From Candidatus Omnitrophota bacterium (lineage in GTDB: Bacteria; Omnitrophota; Gorgyraeia; Velamenicoccales; JABMQK01): a DNA stretch of 64,000 nucleotides. The notes under the pieces are model-generated. The model ran no database searches, was not told the DNA's origin, and saw nothing but the letters and a program-made list of their open reading frames with translations. Each line of letters starts with the position of its first letter. Position 1 is the stretch's first letter. The stretch covers positions 1,030,032 to 1,094,031 of the forward strand of contig JAQTSV010000001.1 of NCBI GenBank assembly GCA_028711115.1, read 5' to 3'. Of the stretch, positions 46,875 through 57,417 are shown piece after piece. A program made the position numbers and the translations under genes.

Positions 46875-48764
46875 TTAATTGGCTTTATCTTTTAACTGGG
46901 CAACGGCCTGCCTAATCAATCTGCAATACAAATCAAAACCCACGGCCATGATATAGCCGTGTTGTTCCAGGCCCAATAGATTGCCTGCGCCTCTTATCTC
47001 TAAATCCTCCATGGCAATCTTAAAACCCGCTCCCAATTCAGAATATTTTTCTATCGCCTCAAGCCTTTTTTGCGCATCGTAATTTATGGGTTTATCCCTA
47101 GGAATAAGAAAATAGGCATAGGCCTTGCGGTTAAACCGGCCGACCCTGCCTCTTAATTGATGTAAATCGGACAAACCAAAGGTATCCGCATTATTTACGA
47201 TAATCGTATTGGCATTAGGCACATCTATTCCTGATTCAATGATATTCGTGGAAACCAATATATCCACTTCTCCGTTTAAAAAAGAAATCATAATTTTTTC
47301 CAGAATCTTTGCAGGCATCTGGCCGTGGGCGAAATTTATGCAGGTCTTATTGGGCGAAAGATTCTTTACCAAATCCCGCACATCTTCGATATCTTCTACT
47401 CTGTTATGAATAAAATAAACCTGGCCTCGCCGCGAAAGTTCTCTTTCTATGGCCGTCTTTATTAAATCCTTGCTAAATGGCTCCACGTGAGTTTCTATGG
47501 GAATACGATTCTGCGGCGGCGTATTGATTACGGAAAAATCCTTGGCTCCCATAAGGGACATATAAAGAGTACGTGGGATAGGTGTGGCAGTAAGCGTTAG
47601 AACATCCACCAACAATCTGATTTTCTTTAACCTTTCTTTTGCCTTTACGCCGAACTTCTGCTCTTCGTCGATTATGAGCAGACCTAAATTTTTAAATTTG
47701 ATATCGTCGGAAATCAAACGATGCGTTCCGATGATTATATCGATCTTGCCTTCGGCTAAATCCTTGATTATCGCCTTTTGCTCTGATTTTGTTTTAAAAC
47801 GGCTAAGCATGGCTACATTTACAGGAAAATCTTTAAGCCTTTTAATAAAATTCTGATAATGCTGTTCTGCCAAAATGGTGGTGGGTACCAAAAAAGCAAC
47901 CTGTTTATTATCCATAGTGGCTTTGAAACAAGCCCTCATGGCAACTTCAGTCTTTCCGTAACCTACGTCGCCGCATAAAAGCCTGTCCATGGGCCTGCTT
48001 GATTCCATATCTGCCTTAACCTGGCTGGTGGAATTTATCTGATCCGGCGTCTCCTCAAATGCAAAAGTTTCTTCAAACTGCTTCTGCCAATCAGTATCCT
48101 TGGAAAATTTAAAACCGGATAGCGTCTGCCTCTTTGCCTGCATCTCCAATAAATCCAGGGCGACTTTTAATAATCCCTTGCGTGCCCTCTCTTTGATTCT
48201 CTTCCATTCACCCGAGCCGAGACGATAAAGCCTTGGGCTCCTGCCTTCAAAACTAATGTATTTCTGCACTAGGTGTGCCTGCTCCACAGGAACATAAATC
48301 CTGTCATTATTGGCGTATTCGATAGCAAGATGGTCTTTTTCAACATTCTTTATTTTAACTTTTTCTATACCTAAGAAACGGCCGATACCGTGCTTAACAT
48401 GAACTACATAATCGCCCTTTTCTATGTCGATAAAATTGTGCAGCGGCATCTCTTCGAATAAATCACTGGAACGCGCAGCTTGGGTCTTTATGCGGGGTAA
48501 AATTATCACCATCGTATGTTTCCAGATAACTTTACCTGTGATGATATTATAGCTGGCTATGGAAGAAACTTTGTTATAATCGAATTCTATACGGATAGGA
48601 CAATCAAAAGTGGCGGGATAGATATCTACTATTGCGCCATAGCGGCGGAAATCGCCTTCTTCGCGCACCTCGTCCTGCCTGTGATAACCGAAATCCACAA
48701 GAGTACGCAGAAGAAAATCCAAATCTATACTTTGATCTTTATAAATTTTTAGCGAACGGAACAT
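46875..48764 (-). CDS. mfd: transcription-repair coupling factor, short form (no D1a/D2, no D7)
   Basis: 629 aa. RNAP-interacting CarD-like motif GDYVVHVKHGIGRF, helicase motifs GDVGYGKTEVA, DEEQKFG and QLRGRVGR. Begins at the DIYP region and ends right after GFDLYCRLIRQAV. Confidence 0.85.
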   Translation of the reverse strand: MFRSLKIYKDQSIDLDFLLRTLVDFGYHRQDEVREEGDFRRYGAIVDIYPATFDCPIRIEFDYNKVSSIASYNIITGKVIWKHTMVIILPRIKTQAARSSDLFEEMPLHNFIDIEKGDYVVHVKHGIGRFLGIEKVKIKNVEKDHLAIEYANNDRIYVPVEQAHLVQKYISFEGRSPRLYRLGSGEWKRIKERARKGLLKVALDLLEMQAKRQTLSGFKFSKDTDWQKQFEETFAFEETPDQINSTSQVKADMESSRPMDRLLCGDVGYGKTEVAMRACFKATMDNKQVAFLVPTTILAEQHYQNFIKRLKDFPVNVAMLSRFKTKSEQKAIIKDLAEGKIDIIIGTHRLISDDIKFKNLGLLIIDEEQKFGVKAKERLKKIRLLVDVLTLTATPIPRTLYMSLMGAKDFSVINTPPQNRIPIETHVEPFSKDLIKTAIERELSRRGQVYFIHNRVEDIEDVRDLVKNLSPNKTCINFAHGQMPAKILEKIMISFLNGEVDILVSTNIIESGIDVPNANTIIVNNADTFGLSDLHQLRGRVGRFNRKAYAYFLIPRDKPINYDAQKRLEAIEKYSELGAGFKIAMEDLEIRGAGNLLGLEQHGYIMAVGFDLYCRLIRQAVAQLKDKAN

Positions 48765-48799
48765 TTTCTAAATATCCAGTCGATACCAGGAAATATTTT

Positions 48800-50971
48800 C
48801 TATTTATTCCTGCGGAATGCAAATACTAAGGGGGTCGCTATAAAAATAGTAGAATAAGATCCTATGATAAATCCTACTAAAAGCACCAGGGCAAAACTAT
48901 TTAATACTTCTCCACCAAACAAAAATAACGAAACAACAACCAAAAGAGTAGCGAAGGAAGTAAGAACCGTACGAGACAATGTCTGGTTGACTGCCACATT
49001 GATAATATCTTTTAACTTTGCTTTATGCATTTTCTGCGTTATTTCCCGAATTCTGTCGTATATTACAATAGTATCGTTTATAGAATAACCTGCCAGGGTT
49101 AAAAGGGCAGTTATAATCAAAAGGTCAATTTGACGGTTAAAAAGCAAAAGAATACCTGTTGCTATAATTACATCGTGTATCAAGGCAATAATTCCGCCGA
49201 CTGCGAAATCAAAGTGTTTAAACCTGAAGGCAACATATACCAAAATACCCAATAATGACCACAATATAGCCCAAATTGCCTTGTTTTTCAATTGGCGGCC
49301 GACAACCGGTCCTACGTTTTCAATTCTTAGCACCTGAAAATTATTGTCGGGGAAGTCTTTTTTAAATTGCCCCTGAACCAATGCAGAGGTATCCTGAGAA
49401 GTTTTCACTATCACCTGTTTTGCATTATCTTTAAATTGCTGTATCGAGGCATCGCTTAAACCGGCTTCTTTGAATTTATTTCTTAAGTCTTCGATTGCAA
49501 CTGGCCTATCAAAGGAATATTCCTGAATCTGACCTCCGGCAAAATCTATTCCGAATGCATCATTTCCCTTTACAATAAACAGATAAATACTAAACACAAC
49601 CATTAAAGACGAAAGCACTATAAAAATATTTCTCAAACCTACAAAATCGATATTGGTTGGCCTAAAAATCTGTAACATAGGTAACTTCTTGAAATTTCTA
49701 TTAAAATGAGCAATCGTCTCGAAAATTACTTTGGTGACTACGATAGAAGTAAACATACTTGCCATAAGACCCACGGATAAAGTAACTGCAAACCCACGTA
49801 TGGGCCCAGTGCCAAACTGAAAAAGGAAAAAGGCGGCAATTAACGTCGTCAAATTCGAATCAAAAATCGCTGAAAATGCCTTTTGATAACCAAAATTTAC
49901 TGCCGTCTGCAGAGGGCGTCCGATGTTTAGCTCCTCGCGAATGCGCTCATTAATCAAAACATTGGCATCTACCGCCATACCTAATGTAAGTATAATACCG
50001 GCTATGCCAGGAAGCGTAAGCGTTACATGGAACATACCTAAATATCCTAAGATCATAAGCAGGTTAAGCAACAAGGCAACACAGGTAATTAAGCCGGAAA
50101 ATAAATAATATAAAATCATAAAACCAAAAACTAAAGCAATACCTACTATAGAAGCGCGCACGCCGGAATCAATGGAATCCTTACCTAATAAAGGGCCTAC
50201 TGTCCTTTCTTCGGCGACCACTACAGGGGCAGGCAACGAACCAACGCGCAGCACCAAAGCCAAATCCTTTGCCTCTTCCACGCTGAAACGTCCTGTGATT
50301 ACCGCTTCTCCCGACGGAATCGCCTCATTGATGCGCGGCGCAGAATAAACCTTGCCGTCCAAAACAATAGCCAGTCTTCTTCCTACGTTTTCCGAAGTTA
50401 TCTGGGCGAATTTCCTTGCACCTTCAGAATTAAACTTAAGGCTTACTATGGGTTGGCCAAATCCGCTCTGATCAAACTTTACATCAGCATTTACTAATGT
50501 ATCGCCACGCAATAATATTGCCTTTTCTATAAGAAGAGGCTCTTTATCGGATTCTTTTAATTCATATCCTTCCGGGACATTACCAGCCACAGCCTGGGAT
50601 ATTTTATCCACATCCGCGGAAACCAATTTGAATTCCAATACAGCTGTGCGTTTCAGTAATTCTAAGGTGCGTTCTCTGTTTGTCACGCCGGGCAACTGCA
50701 CGACAATCTGGTCCTGGCCCTGTAATTGTATAGACGGCTCTTTTACGCCAAATTCATCTATTCTATTACGGATTATTTCCAAAACTCTTTCGGGAGCATC
50801 TTGTTTAGCTTCCTGTGGAAGGCCCGAGGTATCCACCTGAAGGACTAAATGCATGCCTCCCTGCAGGTCCAGTCCGAGATTTATCTTCTCCTGCAAAGGA
50901 AAAGCATAAAAACAGGAAACAATTACAAGAGCTGCTATTATGACTATTTTTACTAAAAGTTTTGTATCCAT
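48800..50971 (-). CDS. secDF: fused protein-export membrane protein SecD/SecF
   Basis: 723 aa. SecD periplasmic domain plus 6 TM helices, then a SecF-type half, all in one frame. Confidence 0.93.
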   Translation of the reverse strand: MDTKLLVKIVIIAALVIVSCFYAFPLQEKINLGLDLQGGMHLVLQVDTSGLPQEAKQDAPERVLEIIRNRIDEFGVKEPSIQLQGQDQIVVQLPGVTNRERTLELLKRTAVLEFKLVSADVDKISQAVAGNVPEGYELKESDKEPLLIEKAILLRGDTLVNADVKFDQSGFGQPIVSLKFNSEGARKFAQITSENVGRRLAIVLDGKVYSAPRINEAIPSGEAVITGRFSVEEAKDLALVLRVGSLPAPVVVAEERTVGPLLGKDSIDSGVRASIVGIALVFGFMILYYLFSGLITCVALLLNLLMILGYLGMFHVTLTLPGIAGIILTLGMAVDANVLINERIREELNIGRPLQTAVNFGYQKAFSAIFDSNLTTLIAAFFLFQFGTGPIRGFAVTLSVGLMASMFTSIVVTKVIFETIAHFNRNFKKLPMLQIFRPTNIDFVGLRNIFIVLSSLMVVFSIYLFIVKGNDAFGIDFAGGQIQEYSFDRPVAIEDLRNKFKEAGLSDASIQQFKDNAKQVIVKTSQDTSALVQGQFKKDFPDNNFQVLRIENVGPVVGRQLKNKAIWAILWSLLGILVYVAFRFKHFDFAVGGIIALIHDVIIATGILLLFNRQIDLLIITALLTLAGYSINDTIVIYDRIREITQKMHKAKLKDIINVAVNQTLSRTVLTSFATLLVVVSLFLFGGEVLNSFALVLLVGFIIGSYSTIFIATPLVFAFRRNK

Positions 50972-50992
50972 ATCCCTCTTCCTTGTTGAGTT

Positions 50993-51277
50993 TTATTCGG
51001 ATTTCTTTTTTAAATAGGCAATTGCGCTTTTATCTATTTCGATCTTGGCGTTATCATCTATCCTCAACGCAAAAGTCTTTTCTTTGACATTTACGATAGT
51101 GCCGTGTATACCGCTGTTTGTAACCACTTCATCGTTCTTCTTTAAATTATTAATCATCTTTTTGTGCTCTTTCTGTTCATTTTTCTGCGGCCTTATGATA
51201 ATAAAATAAAAAACCGCATAAATTATGATTATGGGAATCAACATACTTGCCAACGGACTCTGATTTGCTGGATTCAT
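50993..51277 (-). CDS. yajC: preprotein translocase subunit YajC
   Basis: The ATG at 51277 is preceded by AAAGGAGAGGG; the track start 51313 is TTG. One TM helix plus the motif GIHGTIVNV. Confidence 0.85.
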   Translation of the reverse strand: MNPANQSPLASMLIPIIIIYAVFYFIIIRPQKNEQKEHKKMINNLKKNDEVVTNSGIHGTIVNVKEKTFALRIDDNAKIEIDKSAIAYLKKKSE

Positions 51278-51356
51278 ATCCCTCTCCTTTTCTAATAAAC
51301 AGACAATCTGCAAAGCTTAAGCTAATTAAATTACAGGCCGAATGTCCGTCTGCGAG

Positions 51357-51602
51357 TTAAACTTTTAATTTTTTATATAAACTGGCTACGGTATTTGTGG
51401 GCTGCGCACCTTTGCTCACCCAGTAGTCGTATCTTTCTTTCTTAATCTTTAGGCCAACCGGTTCCTTGGAAGGATCATAATGGCCTATCTCTTCAATATG
51501 CTTGCCGTCCCGGGCATCCCTTTTATCCGTGACTACAATACGGAAGTTATATCTTCCTTTTGAAGTAGTGCTTATTTTTCTCAACCTAATTCTTACTGAC
51601 AT
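51357..51602 (-). CDS. rpsP: 30S ribosomal protein S16
   Basis: 81 aa. MSVRIRLRK...RIVVTDKRDARDG. Confidence 0.95.
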   Translation of the reverse strand: MSVRIRLRKISTTSKGRYNFRIVVTDKRDARDGKHIEEIGHYDPSKEPVGLKIKKERYDYWVSKGAQPTNTVASLYKKLKV

Positions 51603-51644
51603 CTTTCTCCTCCCTTGTCATTAATGAAACAGTATGTTTTTATT

Positions 51645-53147
51645 CTAACTGGCTATGGCTTCAATCAATGCCTTTGCCTTATTTTGCGTCTCTTTGTATT
51701 CTCTCTCGGGCACGGAATCAGCCACTATTCCGGCACCGGCCTGGACATAACAGGTGCCGTCTTTTATAATTACTGTCCTTATGGTAATACAGGTATCAAG
51801 ATTTCCGGAAAAACTAAAATAACCCACGCAGCCTGCATAAGGACCGCGACGGATATTTTCCAGTTCATCTATTATCTGCATTGCCCTTATTTTGGGCGCG
51901 CCTGCCACAGTTCCCGCAGGAAAAGCCGACGACAGAACATTGAATATATCGTATCTTTTATCTAATTTAGCCACAACAGAACTGACTATATGCATCACAT
52001 GGGAATATTTTTCAACTTTCATAAACTCCTGAACCTTCACCGAGCCTTTTTGCGCAACTCTACCTAAATCATTTCTGCCCAAGTCAACAAGCATGATATG
52101 CTCTGCCTTTTCTTTCTTGTCATTCAAGAGCTCCTGCGCAAGGCGGTTATCTTTGGCTTCGTTATCGCCTCGCGGCCTTGTGCCGGCAATCGGCCTTGTC
52201 TCAATAAAACCATCTTCGCAACGAATCAGCATTTCCGGCGAAGAGCCCACAATATTTAAGTCTTCCAATTTAAGATAATACATATAAGGCGAGGGATTTA
52301 TGGAGCGTAACCTTCTGTATATATTTATGGCGTGGTCAGATAATTTAACTTTAAATCTCTGGGAAAGCACAACCTGAATGATATCTCCTTTTTTAATATA
52401 TTCTTTTGCTTTGGAGACAATCCGGCAAAAATCATTTTTAGAGAAGTTAGAAACTATCTTCAAGGGGATTCTTTTCTTTTGAGATATTTCTTTAATCCCT
52501 GCCTTCTTGGACAAATCCATAACCAAACGCTTAATATTTCTTATGCCTTCTTCATAGGCCTGTTTTATGTATTTTGGTTTTTTATTGTCTTTGATATATA
52601 CATTGGAGATGATTTTAATCTTATGCTCAATATGGTCAAAGACCAGAAGATTATTGGAAAGCATAAAAATACTATCGAAAAGCTTTAAGTCATCTTTATT
52701 TTTGTCGTCGATATTCTCAAAGAATCTTACCGTATCATAAGAAATATAACCTACAAAACCGCCGGCAAATCTCGGCAGTTCCTTTAAGGGCACGTATTTA
52801 TATTTGGCGAGGATCTTTTTAATCTCATCCAGAGGATCCGTTTCGGTAAGGAATTGTTTTTTTGTTTTTCTGCCGGACTTAAATTCAGTAATTTCGATCT
52901 GGCGGTCTTTGCTTTTTATGACCATTAACGGCTGGGAAGACAAAAAAGAATACCTGCCGATTTTCTCCTGACCTTCCACTGATTCAAGCAAATACGCGTA
53001 ATCGCTGTCGCAAATCTTTAGAAAACTAGACATTGGCGTCTCTAAATCTGCCAGTAATTCAGTATAGACCGGCACAAGATTTCCCTTTCTGGCCAGTTTT
53101 GAAAAAGTCTTAAAGTCCGGAGATATATTATAATGTTTTGTGTTCAT
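51645..53147 (-). CDS. trpE: anthranilate synthase component I (TrpE/PabB chorismate-binding family)
   Basis: 500 aa. LLESVEG...GRYSF and NPSPYMYY motifs favour TrpE. The ATG overlaps the hisI stop (ATGA). No trpG in the window. Confidence 0.75.
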   Translation of the reverse strand: MNTKHYNISPDFKTFSKLARKGNLVPVYTELLADLETPMSSFLKICDSDYAYLLESVEGQEKIGRYSFLSSQPLMVIKSKDRQIEITEFKSGRKTKKQFLTETDPLDEIKKILAKYKYVPLKELPRFAGGFVGYISYDTVRFFENIDDKNKDDLKLFDSIFMLSNNLLVFDHIEHKIKIISNVYIKDNKKPKYIKQAYEEGIRNIKRLVMDLSKKAGIKEISQKKRIPLKIVSNFSKNDFCRIVSKAKEYIKKGDIIQVVLSQRFKVKLSDHAINIYRRLRSINPSPYMYYLKLEDLNIVGSSPEMLIRCEDGFIETRPIAGTRPRGDNEAKDNRLAQELLNDKKEKAEHIMLVDLGRNDLGRVAQKGSVKVQEFMKVEKYSHVMHIVSSVVAKLDKRYDIFNVLSSAFPAGTVAGAPKIRAMQIIDELENIRRGPYAGCVGYFSFSGNLDTCITIRTVIIKDGTCYVQAGAGIVADSVPEREYKETQNKAKALIEAIAS

Positions 53148-53476
53148 TTAATTTTTCTGAAGAAACAACTGTAATTTCCCGTATGGCACGCAACACCTTT
53201 CTGCCTTACCTTAATCAAAAGGCAATCCAGGTCGCAGTCATAATAAATTCCTTTTACGAACTGAAAACAACCCGAAGTTTCGCCTTTAATCCAGAACTTT
53301 TTGCGCGAACGCGACCAGTAGCAGGTCTTTCCTTCTTTTAAGGTAACTTTAAGCGATTCTTTGTTCATGTAAGCAACCATAAGCACGTCTTTGGTCTTAT
53401 AATCCTGGATTACAGTCGGAATTAAGCCATTTTTATCAAACTTCAGTGCATTGATATTAAATTTTATTTTTTTCAT
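53144..53476 (-). CDS. hisI: phosphoribosyl-AMP cyclohydrolase
   Basis: 110 aa. LIPTVIQD and WSRSR...WIKGETSG motifs. No HisE domain. Confidence 0.9.
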   Translation of the reverse strand: MKKIKFNINALKFDKNGLIPTVIQDYKTKDVLMVAYMNKESLKVTLKEGKTCYWSRSRKKFWIKGETSGCFQFVKGIYYDCDLDCLLIKVRQKGVACHTGNYSCFFRKIK

Positions 53477-54243
53477 AAGCGTACGTTTACTCCTTCTTTT
53501 TTTAAATATTCCTTAATTTCGCTTACCGAGAATTCTCCGTAGTGAAAAATTGACGCGGCCAATGCAGCGTCAGCTTTGCCCACCGTTAAAACATCCTTGA
53601 AATGTTTTGGCTGGCCTGCACCGCCGGAAGCGATTACGGGAATTTTTACGGATTCACTTATCCTTCTATTCAATTCAATATCATATCCGTCTTTTGTGCC
53701 GTCAAAATCCATACTGGTAAGAAGGATTTCTCCCGCGCCAAGAGATTCGGCTTGTTTTGCCCATTTTATGGCGTCTTTTCCCGCAGGAATCCTTCCGCCA
53801 TTAACATAAACTTCCCAGCCTTTGTTTCTTTTCTCATCTACTACGCGTTTGGCGTCAATTGCCACGACAATACACTGGCTTCCGAATTTTGTCGCCGCCT
53901 GTTTTATGAGTTTAGGATTTTTTACTGCAGCAGTATTTATGGAAACCTTATCCGCTCCGGCATTCAATAAATTCCTAATGTCAGCCAGATTTCTTATGCC
54001 GCCGCCGACGGTAAATGGCATAAACACATTTTCCGCTGTGCGGCGTACTATATCGATAATTATATTTCTCTTTTCATGGCTCGCAGTGATATCCAAGAAA
54101 ACCAATTCATCGGCCTGTTGTTTTTCGTATGCCTTGGCGCACTCTACGGGGTCTCCTGCGTCGCGCAGATGCACAAACCGCACACCTTTTACCACGCGAC
54201 CGTCTTTCACATCCAAACAAGGAATTATTCTTTTGGCTAACAT
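53473..54243 (-). CDS. hisF: imidazole glycerol phosphate synthase cyclase subunit
   Basis: 256 aa with [20 protein letters not shown] start. Confidence 0.96.
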   Translation of the reverse strand: MLAKRIIPCLDVKDGRVVKGVRFVHLRDAGDPVECAKAYEKQQADELVFLDITASHEKRNIIIDIVRRTAENVFMPFTVGGGIRNLADIRNLLNAGADKVSINTAAVKNPKLIKQAATKFGSQCIVVAIDAKRVVDEKRNKGWEVYVNGGRIPAGKDAIKWAKQAESLGAGEILLTSMDFDGTKDGYDIELNRRISESVKIPVIASGGAGQPKHFKDVLTVGKADAALAASIFHYGEFSVSEIKEYLKKEGVNVRL

Positions 54244-54971
54244 AACTTTATTGCCTCTTTCAAATCAATCTTACCTTTATAAAGCGCTTTGCCCACTATA
54301 ACTCCGCAGAGGCCTTTACTTTCTAATTTCTTTAATTTCTTTATATCCTCTGGGCCTGAAACGCCTCCGGAAGCAATAACCGGAATTTCTGTCAACTTCA
54401 GAATATTTTCTATGCCTTTAAAATCCGGTCCATTCAACATCCCGTCCTTCATTATATTTGTATAGATAAGCGTTCTTAAACCAAGGGTTTCTAATTCCTG
54501 CAAAAATATACTTATATCTTTTTTGGAATTCTGCGTCCAGCCTTTTTTTACGATGACTCTATTCTTTGCGTCGAGGCTAACTGCAATCTTATCTGCGTAA
54601 TCTGCTAAGGCCTTCTTTAGAAATTTTATATTATCCAAAGCCAAAGTTCCCAATACAACCCTGGAGGCTCCTGCCTTAAAAATATCCTCAACGTCTTTTA
54701 AACTTCTTATTCCGCCTCCGAACTGGACACAGACTCCGTATTTATTGACTTCCTTAATTATCTTCTCTAAAACCACAATACTTTTTTTCTGAATCTTTCC
54801 CTTCTTTGCCCCTTCCAAATCGACCACATGAATCCATTCTGCGCCGCATATGGAAAAATATCTCGCAGTCTCCACAGGGTCTAATTTGTATTCTTCGACT
54901 TTATCAAAATCTCCCTGCGTTAACCTGACGACCTTGCCTTCTTTTAAATCTATGGCTGGAATAATAATCAT
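54237..54971 (-). CDS. hisA: ProFAR isomerase
   Basis: 244 aa with [15 protein letters not shown] start. Confidence 0.93.
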   Translation of the reverse strand: MIIIPAIDLKEGKVVRLTQGDFDKVEEYKLDPVETARYFSICGAEWIHVVDLEGAKKGKIQKKSIVVLEKIIKEVNKYGVCVQFGGGIRSLKDVEDIFKAGASRVVLGTLALDNIKFLKKALADYADKIAVSLDAKNRVIVKKGWTQNSKKDISIFLQELETLGLRTLIYTNIMKDGMLNGPDFKGIENILKLTEIPVIASGGVSGPEDIKKLKKLESKGLCGVIVGKALYKGKIDLKEAIKLC

Positions 54972-54973
54972 CT

Positions 54974-55570
54974 TTATAACTTTGTGAAATTTTCTAAAAT
55001 CTTTAAACCTATTGCCTGGCTTTTTTCCGGGTGAAACTGAATTCCAAATATATTATCTTTGTTGATCACAGAAGCGTAATTTTTTATATAATCAGTTTCA
55101 CCAATTGTAACTTTTTCTTTCGGCTCTACGTAATATGAGTGGCAAAAATATACAAAAGATCCGTCTTCAATCCCTTTAAATAAAGGACTATTCTTTTTGA
55201 TTTTCAGCTGATTCCAGCCAATATGCGGAATCTTCACCTTACCTTTAAATCGCACGACGTTGCCTTTGATTAAGCTCAAACCTTTAATCTTGGGTGATTC
55301 TGTGCTTGATTCAAACAATAATTGTAATCCCAGACAAATCCCCATAAACGGCTTATTGGTTTTTACATAATCCCTGATTGCGTCGCTCATTCCGGATTTA
55401 TTCAAAATAGACATAGCGTCGCCGAATGCGCCCACGCCCGGCAAAACGCAGTGCGTAACGCCTTCTAGCTGTGAAGGCTTGGAAATAATTTTCGCCTTCT
55501 TACCCAATGACAAAAAAGCATTGAACACGCTGTGCAAATTTCCCATTCCATAGTCAATTATGCCAATCAT
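54974..55570 (-). CDS. hisH: imidazole glycerol phosphate synthase glutaminase subunit
   Basis: 198 aa class I GATase (GICLGLQ, HSY..). Confidence 0.93.
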   Translation of the reverse strand: MIGIIDYGMGNLHSVFNAFLSLGKKAKIISKPSQLEGVTHCVLPGVGAFGDAMSILNKSGMSDAIRDYVKTNKPFMGICLGLQLLFESSTESPKIKGLSLIKGNVVRFKGKVKIPHIGWNQLKIKKNSPLFKGIEDGSFVYFCHSYYVEPKEKVTIGETDYIKNYASVINKDNIFGIQFHPEKSQAIGLKILENFTKL

Positions 55571-56178
55571 CAGTCAATAACACCTTTTGTCGAGGGAATT
55601 CCCTTTCGGCGAGGGTCGATTTGAGTGGCTTGATCTAAAGCAATACCTAGCGCCTTAAAGATTGGCTCTAAGTTAGTGTGTAAATCTTGACTTAAAAGGT
55701 TAACAGTTAGAGTTAAATTCATTCCTAAGTGTTTTGCGAATGATTCAAAGAAATGTTCGGCATCCAGAAATAAATAACCATCAGACGTCTTAGCAGCAAA
55801 TGCAGATTGACCGGTATATAAAAATTTGTAGTAGCCCCTGCCACTTATATCAACCGCAATAGAACCCACTACATCTTCCATCGGCACAGAAGCAGAACCG
55901 AATCTTTTGATTCCCTCCTTATCGCCCAGGGCTTTTTTGAAAGCATCACCTAACACAATTCCAATATCCTCATTTGTGTGATGAATGTCCACTTTCAAAT
56001 CGCCTTTGGCGGAAATTTCCAAATCAAACAAACCGTGAAAGGCAAACAGTTCCAGCATGTGATCAAGCAAACCAATCCCTGTATCGATTTTCGCCTTGCC
56101 TGAACCATCGATATTAAGTTTAACTTTTATATCGGTTTCTTTTGTTTTGCGCACAACTTCGGCTATCCTGTTTTTCAT
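55570..56178 (-). CDS. hisB: imidazoleglycerol-phosphate dehydratase (monofunctional)
   Basis: 202 aa. RKTKETDI start and HH..E motifs. Confidence 0.93.
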   Translation of the reverse strand: MKNRIAEVVRKTKETDIKVKLNIDGSGKAKIDTGIGLLDHMLELFAFHGLFDLEISAKGDLKVDIHHTNEDIGIVLGDAFKKALGDKEGIKRFGSASVPMEDVVGSIAVDISGRGYYKFLYTGQSAFAAKTSDGYLFLDAEHFFESFAKHLGMNLTLTVNLLSQDLHTNLEPIFKALGIALDQATQIDPRRKGIPSTKGVID

Positions 56179-56187
56179 TATTTTCTC

Positions 56188-57417
56188 CTATTCAAACCTT
56201 GCCTTTACTGATTCCCAGTGTTTATTTAATCCTTCGATATTACAGATTTTATCTATTACCCCTTTTACATTATCTAAGGATTTCTTATTGTAGGAAATAA
56301 AGTGCGTGCTGCGTATAAAATCCAGGACTGAAAGCCCGGAGAAAGACCTTGCTGTGCCTGCCGTGGGCAGAACATGGCTCGGCCCGGCCACATAATCGCC
56401 TACTGCTGTGGGAGTATACGGACCAAGAAAAACCACGCCGGTATTCCTTATGAATTTAAGCAGCTTACTGGGATTGTTTATCAAAAGCTCGGTGTGCTCA
56501 GGAGCTATGCGGTTATTAATTTCTATAGCCTCCTTGATATTCTTTACCAAAATAATGCAGCCGTTGTTTTTTTCAGGAATCTGGGATTTAACAAATTTCG
56601 CCAATTTTTTCGAAGGCGTAATCAATATCGCCTGGCCGCCCACGTGTTCTTTCTGCGCCAGCAAATCGCTCACTACAAATTTCTGGTCGGTAAATCTATT
56701 GGCAATGACTACTAACTCTGTGGGTCCTGCCACCATATCAATATCCACAAAACCAAACACTTGACGCTTGGCCTCTGCCACATAGGCATTGCCCGGGCCG
56801 ATAATCTTGTCGACTTTTGGTATTGTCTTTGTGCCGAATGCCAATGCCGCAATTGCCTGCGCGCCGCCCACTTTATAAATTTCATTTACTTTTAAAAGAC
56901 TGGCCACAGCCAAGATATAAGGATTTATATTCCCATTCTGGTCTGGCGGACTGACCATGACAATATTCTTTACACCAGCTAATTTTGCAGGCAAAACAGT
57001 CATATACACACAGGAGACCAAAGGCGCTGTGCCGGCCGGTATATAAACTCCCACTCTGTCAATGGGGTCAAATTTCTCGCCCAACACAGAACCTTCATTA
57101 TCCTTAATCTTCCAATTGCGCCTGAGCTGTTTCTTATAAAAACGATTTATGTTTTCTATGACAACCTTGAGCGCCGATATAAAATCAGAAGGGATATTCT
57201 GAAAAGCCGCGCTTATCTCTGCCTCGGTAACCTTAAGCTGCCTCTGCTTAATGTTGGCTTTATCGAATCGCCGGGTATATTTATTCAATGCGTCGTCGCC
57301 GTATAAACGCACATCCTCGATAATCCTGGTAACGTTATCTTTTATGCGTTTCTTCTGGTTAAAAAAACGATTGCAGAGTTTTTCTAATTCTTTACTCGTG
57401 GGTTTTATTATCCTCAT
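56188..57417 (-). CDS. hisD: histidinol dehydrogenase
   Basis: 409 aa with HisD-like sequence throughout (IDMVAGPTE, APEHTELL). Confidence 0.95.
   Translation of the reverse strand: MRIIKPTSKELEKLCNRFFNQKKRIKDNVTRIIEDVRLYGDDALNKYTRRFDKANIKQRQLKVTEAEISAAFQNIPSDFISALKVVIENINRFYKKQLRRNWKIKDNEGSVLGEKFDPIDRVGVYIPAGTAPLVSCVYMTVLPAKLAGVKNIVMVSPPDQNGNINPYILAVASLLKVNEIYKVGGAQAIAALAFGTKTIPKVDKIIGPGNAYVAEAKRQVFGFVDIDMVAGPTELVVIANRFTDQKFVVSDLLAQKEHVGGQAILITPSKKLAKFVKSQIPEKNNGCIILVKNIKEAIEINNRIAPEHTELLINNPSKLLKFIRNTGVVFLGPYTPTAVGDYVAGPSHVLPTAGTARSFSGLSVLDFIRSTHFISYNKKSLDNVKGVIDKICNIEGLNKHWESVKARFE

Noticed and set aside
46875-48764. 629-aa helicase considered as RecG
   Set aside because: It contains the CarD/TRCF RNAP-interaction motif (GDYVVHVKHGIGRF…YVPV) and the Mfd-type TRG region. 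It has no RecG wedge domain. It is called as a short Mfd.
51278-51313. 12-codon N-terminal extension of yajC in the track (MQIVCLLEKERD)
   Set aside because: The track start is TTG. The downstream ATG at 51277 has a strong AAAGGAGAGGG RBS and gives the normal YajC N-terminus.
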